Origin: Acidobacteriota bacterium
GTDB lineage: Bacteria > Acidobacteriota > UBA890 > WLXD01
DNA: 64,000 nt
NCBI GenBank assembly: GCA_965248695.1
Contig: CBDFKD010000002.1
Coordinates: forward strand, 1,376,001-1,440,000
Direction of reading: 5' to 3'
Below are positions 58,797-64,000 of the stretch, in pieces. How positions within the stretch are numbered: position 1 is the stretch's first letter; the number at the start of each line of letters is the position of its first letter. The notes under the pieces are model-generated. The model did not search any database and was not told where the DNA came from. It saw only the letters and a program-made list of their open reading frames with translations. Position numbers and translations under genes: made by a program.

Positions 58797-59540
58797 TCAG
58801 TCGCCGACTACCTTTGATCCGGGAACGATCTCGTCGTGGTCGCCCTCATCAAACCGCACCCAACACTTCGTGCCGCCGTCGTAATCGGGTGCGCGAAGCA
58901 CGAGCGTTGCCGGCTTGTCGAAGGCGGTGCAGGGAATCGATCCCTCGGGATCGAGACCACGCCATATGCGAATGAACCCGTTGTTCCCCCACTCCGCACC
59001 GATGGTCGTGTCGTTGGTGTGTCCGGGACAAACGCGAGTCTCCGGCGGCAGCTTCATCAGCACTTCCATGATGGAGTGCTTGATGTCGGCGTAGGTGGCA
59101 TGGCCGGGCGCCAGGGTGCCTCCGATCGTTCCCTCGAACAACGTGTCGCCGGTGAACACGACCTCGTCGTTTACCACCAGCGCCAGCATGCCGACGGTGT
59201 GGCCCGGGGTCAGCAGGGCACGGATCCTCAGGTCACCCGAGACGATCTCATCACCGTCGTTGAGATCGTGCTGGATGTCGGCGCAGAATTCGCGCTCGGT
59301 CGGATGCCCCCAGATGTCGACGCCGAAGCGCTCGACGTACTCCCCGTTGTTGATCACGTGGTCGATGTGGTGGTGGGTGAGTAGCAAGTGGGTGATGGTG
59401 ATGTCGTTGGCGTCGATGGTCTCGTAGATCGGGTCCACCGGTCCGCCCGAGTCGATGAGCACTCCGTGCCCACCAGGCTTGTCCGCGACGACGAAGCTGT
59501 TGGACAGATAGCCGTCGCTCATGCTGCGCTGAATGATCAT
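58797..59540 (-). CDS. MBL-fold metallo-hydrolase (glyoxalase II-like)
   Basis: THHHIDH, TPGHT, FTGDTLF, PGH. Confidence 0.9.
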   Translation of the reverse strand: MIIQRSMSDGYLSNSFVVADKPGGHGVLIDSGGPVDPIYETIDANDITITHLLLTHHHIDHVINNGEYVERFGVDIWGHPTEREFCADIQHDLNDGDEIVSGDLRIRALLTPGHTVGMLALVVNDEVVFTGDTLFEGTIGGTLAPGHATYADIKHSIMEVLMKLPPETRVCPGHTNDTTIGAEWGNNGFIRIWRGLDPEGSIPCTAFDKPATLVLRAPDYDGGTKCWVRFDEGDHDEIVPGSKVVGD

Positions 59541-59550
59541 GGTTCTCCCC

Positions 59551-59813
59551 TAGCAGGCCGTGGTGAAAGTGTGGAGGGTCTGGTTACGGCGAGTTGGGGC
59601 CAGATGCAAGGCGGCCTGCTAGCCATCGTCGAGGAAGGCCAACGCCGCAGATGGCCCCAAATCGCCGTAACCCTTCGGGCGACTGGGGGTTGCGCGCGCA
59701 TGCTGCGTCGTTTGTCGTCAACGATGGGATTACCATCGCCTCCTCCTGTCTCCTGGCCTGCGCCTCGCAAAACCCTGTCGCCAGACCCACCACACTTTCA
59801 CCACCGCCTGCTA
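59551..59813. mobile_element. MITE-like non-autonomous element (263 bp) with 33-bp terminal inverted repeats
   Basis: TAGCAGGCCGTGGTGAAAGTGTGGAGGGTCTGG vs the reverse complement of 59781-59813 (2 mismatches); no credible ORF inside. Confidence 0.75.
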
Positions 59814-59856
59814 CCGGGTTGACCCCGTTGGCACCAGAACGGTCAGGAACGTCGGC

Positions 59857-60960
59857 TCAGAAGGTGATGACCGAGCGGATCCCGTCCTGCGCCTCCATGA
59901 GGTCGAACCCCTTCATGACCTCGTCGAGCGTCAGGTGATGCGACACCAGGCCGTCGAGGTCGAGCTTCCCTTCCATGTACATGTCGACGAACTTCGGCAC
60001 GTGCGTGCGCCCCTTGGCGCCGCCGAAGCTGCCACCTTGCACCGTGCGACCGGTGATCAGGAACCGCGGGATGATGTCCAACGTCTCGCCCTTGCCGGCA
60101 ACGCCGAGCACCGTGCACACGCCCCAGCCGAAGCGCGCCGCTTCCACCGCCTGTGCCATCACGCCGACGTGTCCGGTGGCCTCGAAGGTGTAGTCGGCGC
60201 CCTGGCCGTCGGTCATCTCGAGGATCTTGTCGACGCTGTCGGGGCCACCGATCATCGTGTCAGTGGCGCCGTAGTGCCGCGCCGAGGCAAGCCGGTCCTC
60301 CGACATATCGACGGCGATGATGCGCTCGGCACCGGCGAGCTGGCACCCGGCAACAGCGCCGAGACCGACAAGGCCGCAGCCGAAGACGGCGCACGAGGAT
60401 CCGGGCTCCACCTCCGCCTTGTACAGCGCCGCCGCCAGACCCGTGGTGGCGCCGCAGGCGAGCGTGCAGATCTTGTCGAGCGCGGCGTCGGGATTGACCT
60501 TCGCGAGTGCGATCTCGGGCATCACGGTGTACTCGGCGAACGTGCTGGTACCCATGAAATGCCGGATCGGCGTGCCGTCGACAGACAAGCGCGGTGTGCC
60601 GTCGGGCAGGTAGCCCTGCCCCTGCTGCTCACGGATCGCGGTGCAGATGTTGGTCTTGCCGCTGGTGCAATGGGCGCACTCGCCGCACTCGGGTGAGAAC
60701 AGGCATACGACGTGATCACCGGGCTTCAACGACGTAACGCCTTCACCGACCTCCTCGACCACTCCGGCGCCCTCGTGTCCGAGCACCGTAGGCACGAATC
60801 CGCTCGGATCAGCGCCGCTCCATGTGTACATGTCCGTGTGGCATACGCCGCAGGCGTGCACCTTGACCAACGCCTCGCCGGCCTTGGGCGGTGCGATGTC
60901 GACTTCCTGGATCTCCAGCGGCTTGCCAAACTCCTGCAACAGCGCGGCGCGCATCTTCAC
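59857..60960 (-). CDS. Zn-dependent class III alcohol / thiol-dependent formaldehyde dehydrogenase
   Basis: GVCHTD, LGHEGAG, PECGECAHC.SGKTNIC, HFMGTSTFAEYTV, GSFGGAKGR; GGAGG RBS. Confidence 0.9.
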   Translation of the reverse strand: MKMRAALLQEFGKPLEIQEVDIAPPKAGEALVKVHACGVCHTDMYTWSGADPSGFVPTVLGHEGAGVVEEVGEGVTSLKPGDHVVCLFSPECGECAHCTSGKTNICTAIREQQGQGYLPDGTPRLSVDGTPIRHFMGTSTFAEYTVMPEIALAKVNPDAALDKICTLACGATTGLAAALYKAEVEPGSSCAVFGCGLVGLGAVAGCQLAGAERIIAVDMSEDRLASARHYGATDTMIGGPDSVDKILEMTDGQGADYTFEATGHVGVMAQAVEAARFGWGVCTVLGVAGKGETLDIIPRFLITGRTVQGGSFGGAKGRTHVPKFVDMYMEGKLDLDGLVSHHLTLDEVMKGFDLMEAQDGIRSVITF

Positions 60961-61102
60961 GGCATGTTCCTCCTGTCCACCGCGGACATCAAAACCTCTC
61001 TCTCGACGACGGCGCACGGTAGCATACAGCGCGACAGTGCGGCCGGGCAGGCCTGGGCCGCAGGCCGGTGTTGGCGGCCGCGTTAGCGTCTACGCGTCAC
61101 AG

Positions 61103-61132
61103 GACCCACCACACTTTCACCACGGTCTGTTA
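61103..61132. repeat. Solo copy of the MITE right end
   Basis: GACCCACCACACTTTCACCACGGTCTGTTA resembles 59784-59813. Confidence 0.8.
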
Positions 61133-61141
61133 GGGGCACCG

Positions 61142-62149
61142 ATGGAATCGTTGCTGGCACAACTCGAGGACACGGGTGCGCAGCAGCTGACGATCTTCAC
61201 CGACGTGGACTCCGGGCTGCGCGCCTTTCTGGTGATCGACGACACCACGCTCGGCCCTGCCGCCGGTGGCACGCGGACATGGGCCTACGCATCGGCCGGC
61301 GATGCGATCGCGGATGCTTGCCGCCTGGCCAGCACGATGACCCTCAAGTGTTCGCTTGCCGGAGTGGATGCCGGCGGCGCCAAGATGGTGGTGATGGACC
61401 GTCCCGAGCTGGATCGCGTTGCGGCGTTTTCGTTTCTGGGCGAGCGAGTCGAAGAGATGGGCGGCAGCTTCATGACCGCCGGCGATCTCGGCACGTCACG
61501 CGCCGATCTCGAGATCATGGCTTCGCGGAGCCAATGGGTGCGCAGCGACGAGACCGACCTCGCCGTCATGGTGGCACGGGGTGTCGTCGGCTGCGCCTGC
61601 GCGGAAATCGCTGGGCACGCGGGCCTGGAAGGACTCCGCGTCGGCGTCCAGGGTTGCGGCAGCATCGGCGCCGCAGTGGCCCACGAGTTCGCTGCCGCCG
61701 GAGCGCAGCTAGTGGTCACCGATCTCGACGAAGTCGCAGCGTCCAGCACCGCCGATGCGGTTGGCGCGCAACTCGTGGCACCCGAAGAGATCCTACGGGC
61801 CGCGGTAGACATCCTGGCACCCTGTGCGGCCGGCGGGTTGCTGACCACCGCGGCGGCGCGTGACTTGCGCGCCTGGGCAGTGTGCGGCGCCGCCAACAAC
61901 ATCCTTGCCGGGCCCGAGGTCGAGGAAGCATTGAGTGATCGCGAGATCCTGTTCGTGCCGGACTTCGTGTCCTCGTCGGGCGCGGTGATCCTCGGCGTTT
62001 GCCACTTCCACGAGCGCGACGACGCCGAGGCGCTGCTCGAGGGACTGGCACGCACGACTCGCGAGCTATTGCAAGAGTCGCTCACCAGCAGCGAGTCGAC
62101 GACCCGCCTGGCGGAACGCCGGGCGCGCAAGCGCATCGCGGCAGGGTAA
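61142..62149 (+). CDS. Glu/Leu/Phe/Val dehydrogenase family
   Basis: DDTTLGPAAGGTR, MTLKC, GGAK, GVQGCGSIG, APCA, GAANN. Confidence 0.9.
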   Translation: MESLLAQLEDTGAQQLTIFTDVDSGLRAFLVIDDTTLGPAAGGTRTWAYASAGDAIADACRLASTMTLKCSLAGVDAGGAKMVVMDRPELDRVAAFSFLGERVEEMGGSFMTAGDLGTSRADLEIMASRSQWVRSDETDLAVMVARGVVGCACAEIAGHAGLEGLRVGVQGCGSIGAAVAHEFAAAGAQLVVTDLDEVAASSTADAVGAQLVAPEEILRAAVDILAPCAAGGLLTTAAARDLRAWAVCGAANNILAGPEVEEALSDREILFVPDFVSSSGAVILGVCHFHERDDAEALLEGLARTTRELLQESLTSSESTTRLAERRARKRIAAG

Positions 62150-62399
62150 CCAGCCAGGGCGCGCAAGCGCATCGCGGCAGGGTAACCAGCCAGGGCGCGC
62201 AAGCGCATCGCGGCAGGGTAACCAGCCAGGGCGCGCCAGCGTATCGCCGCAGGGTAACCAGCCAGGGCGCGCTAAGCGTATCGCCGCAGGGTAACCAGCC
62301 AGGGCGCGCTAAGCGCATCGCGGCAGGGTAACCAGCCAGGGCTCGCCAGCGCATCGCCGCAGGGCAACTGGCCAGGGCGCGCCAGCGTATCGCCGCAGG
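62121..62399 (+). repeat. Tandem array of about 7.7 copies of a 36-37-bp unit
   Basis: Unit GGGCGCGCAAGCGCATCGCGGCAGGGTAACCAGCCA at 62121, 62157, 62193, with variants at 62229, 62265, 62302, 62339, 62375; one more unit at ~62485-62530. Confidence 0.95.
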
Positions 62400-62402
62400 C
62401 CG

Positions 62403-63642
62403 CTAGCTCGCCACGTACTTCGTGATCCCGCCACCAGCCGTCGGTCTCGACCCCGGACCTTCTGCCGCATATACGTTGCCGTCGGCATCGCGGCAGGGTA
62501 ACCAGCCAGGGCTCGCCAGCGCATCGCCGCCGCCAGCGTACGCCGCTAGCTCGCCACGTACTTCGTGATCCCGCCACCAGCCGTCGGTCTCGACCCCCGG
62601 CCACACCCTGCAAGAACCGCACATCGTGCGGATGCGGCGGCACGAAACCGGTCAAACGATCTTCACCGGCCGGCCCGATCCTTACACCGGTCTTCCAACC
62701 CGGGTGATTCTGGACGCCGGACTCGGAATCGATCGCATAGAGCGTGTCGTCTGCAGTGATGAACAGCCCGCTGATGCGGCTGTACTGCGTATAGATGTCG
62801 AGCAGCTCGCCTTCCTGGTCGAAGATCTGGATCCGGTGGTTGCCCCGGTCGGCAACGTAGCGACGCCCCTGCGAGTCGAACTCCATCGCATGCGGGGTGC
62901 GGAACTGCCCCGGCCTGAAGCCGATCTCGCCCCACTGCTTGATGAAGGTCCCGTCGGCCGAGAACTTCAGAATTCGTCCGGTAGCGCCTTCCGGCGGATC
63001 GGGATTCTGGCCGCTGTGCCCATCAGAGACGAAGATGTCGCCGTTCGAGGCCGTAATGACATCGCACGGCTCGTTGAGCTGTCCCGGCCCGCTCCCCGGC
63101 TGACCGGCAGTTCCCAATCGGAGCAGCTCTTCACCCTCTGGACTGAACTTGATGACCTGGTGCCCCTTCGTTCCGGACTCGTTGCCCTGCGAGTCGGTCA
63201 CCCAGACGTTGCCCTCGTCGTCGACGTGCAGCCCGTGCGGCAACACGAACAATCCCTTACCGAAGGCCGCCATGATCTCGCCGGTGTCCTTGTTGAACTT
63301 GAAGACCGGATCACGATCGGAGTTCTCTTCGCACCCACCGGCCAGCGCCAGGCCGCCGCAGCGGTCATACGCCCAGACGTGGCCGTCGGGTCCGATGTCG
63401 ATCCCCGCCGTGGAACCCCACTCACGTTCGTCTGGCAGCGCCGCCCAGTTCAGCAGCACCTCTCCGGTCGGGTTCGGCAGCTGCCGATCGACCCAGTCGC
63501 TCGCAGTTCCCGTCTCCGCCGCCGCGCCGCTGTCGGCCGCAGGGGCCATCGCGTCACCGCCGCAGGCGGCGACGGTCGAGAACAGGACCGCTACGAGTGC
63601 TGCACCGGCACGCCTGCCGTGGAACCGTCGATCGTCAGTCAT
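62403..63642 (-). pseudogene. NHL-repeat (PAL-like) lipoprotein with a duplicated and frameshifted 3' end
   Basis: Lipobox VAAC; PHGLHVDDEGNVWVTD, DIFVSDGH, YVADRGNHRIQIFD. The expected tail ...GSRPTAGGGITKYVAS* occurs twice and is out of frame. Confidence 0.8.
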
Positions 63643-63709
63643 TGCAATCCTCCCTGCAGGAATTCGAGCTGGCAGAATACGCGATCGGGGTCGGCGAACC
63701 CAGGGTGAA

Positions 63710-64000
63710 TCAGCTCCCGTGGAGCCTCGCGCCAAGCTCGCGTGCGGCTTCTGCAACGCGCGGGCCGGGCACGAGCATCCAAGCGGCGGCAAGGGTCACT
63801 ACCCGGACCTCGGAAAACCCTGGCAGGGTGCGCCACTCCGCCTCCAGCGTAGCTGCGGGAACGGCTTTCTGACCGTCAGAACGCAACTCCACCACGACGT
63901 CCGGTACGCGCGCGATAACCGCCTCGAGCCCGGCTTTGAACCCCGGGCGCGTCACATCGTCGAAGACGTTGCGGGCACCGGCGATCGTGGTGAGCTCCTG
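63710..64000 (-). CDS. Periplasmic substrate-binding protein, BtuF/helical-backbone type (3' part only)
   Basis: IAGARNVF...LEAVIARVPDVVV...VPGPRVAEAA. Confidence 0.7.
   Translation of the reverse strand, partial: QELTTIAGARNVFDDVTRPGFKAGLEAVIARVPDVVVELRSDGQKAVPAATLEAEWRTLPGFSEVRVVTLAAAWMLVPGPRVAEAARELGARLHGS

Noticed and set aside
62121-62399. CRISPR array
   Set aside because: Units are contiguous with no unique spacers, derive from a gene end, and no cas genes are present.

Overview
GC-rich bacterial chromosomal segment. The gene repertoire (PQQ quinoprotein with dihaem cytochrome c, TamB-Omp85 fusion, many exported peptidases, NHL and FG-GAP propellers) looks Acidobacteriota-like, which is inference only. 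Most of the window is housekeeping or catabolic genes. One visibly more AT-rich accessory island (17305-26095) has matching inverted ends and an imperfect 8-bp target duplication. It is riddled with nested or truncated IS elements (2x IS3, 2x IS256, IS1595, IS1-like) and carries a RelE/HTH toxin-antitoxin pair, a winged-helix protein and a dense cluster of putative small RNAs. The most striking object is a tRNA-shaped RNA (25818-25892) with perfect acceptor, D and T arms but a broken anticodon arm. That arm is exactly complementary over 13 nt to the 5' end of an adjacent promoter-leader-terminator-RBS unit, making it a candidate tRNA-scaffolded antisense/attenuation switch. Other notable items: a hidden AhpD-like selenoprotein (CxxU with a well-placed SECIS), an FTCD enzyme with an inserted C2H2 zinc finger, a MITE whose ends bracket an alcohol dehydrogenase gene, and a 36-bp tandem array with a scrambled gene end. 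All product calls come from recognising motifs by eye; no database search was run.
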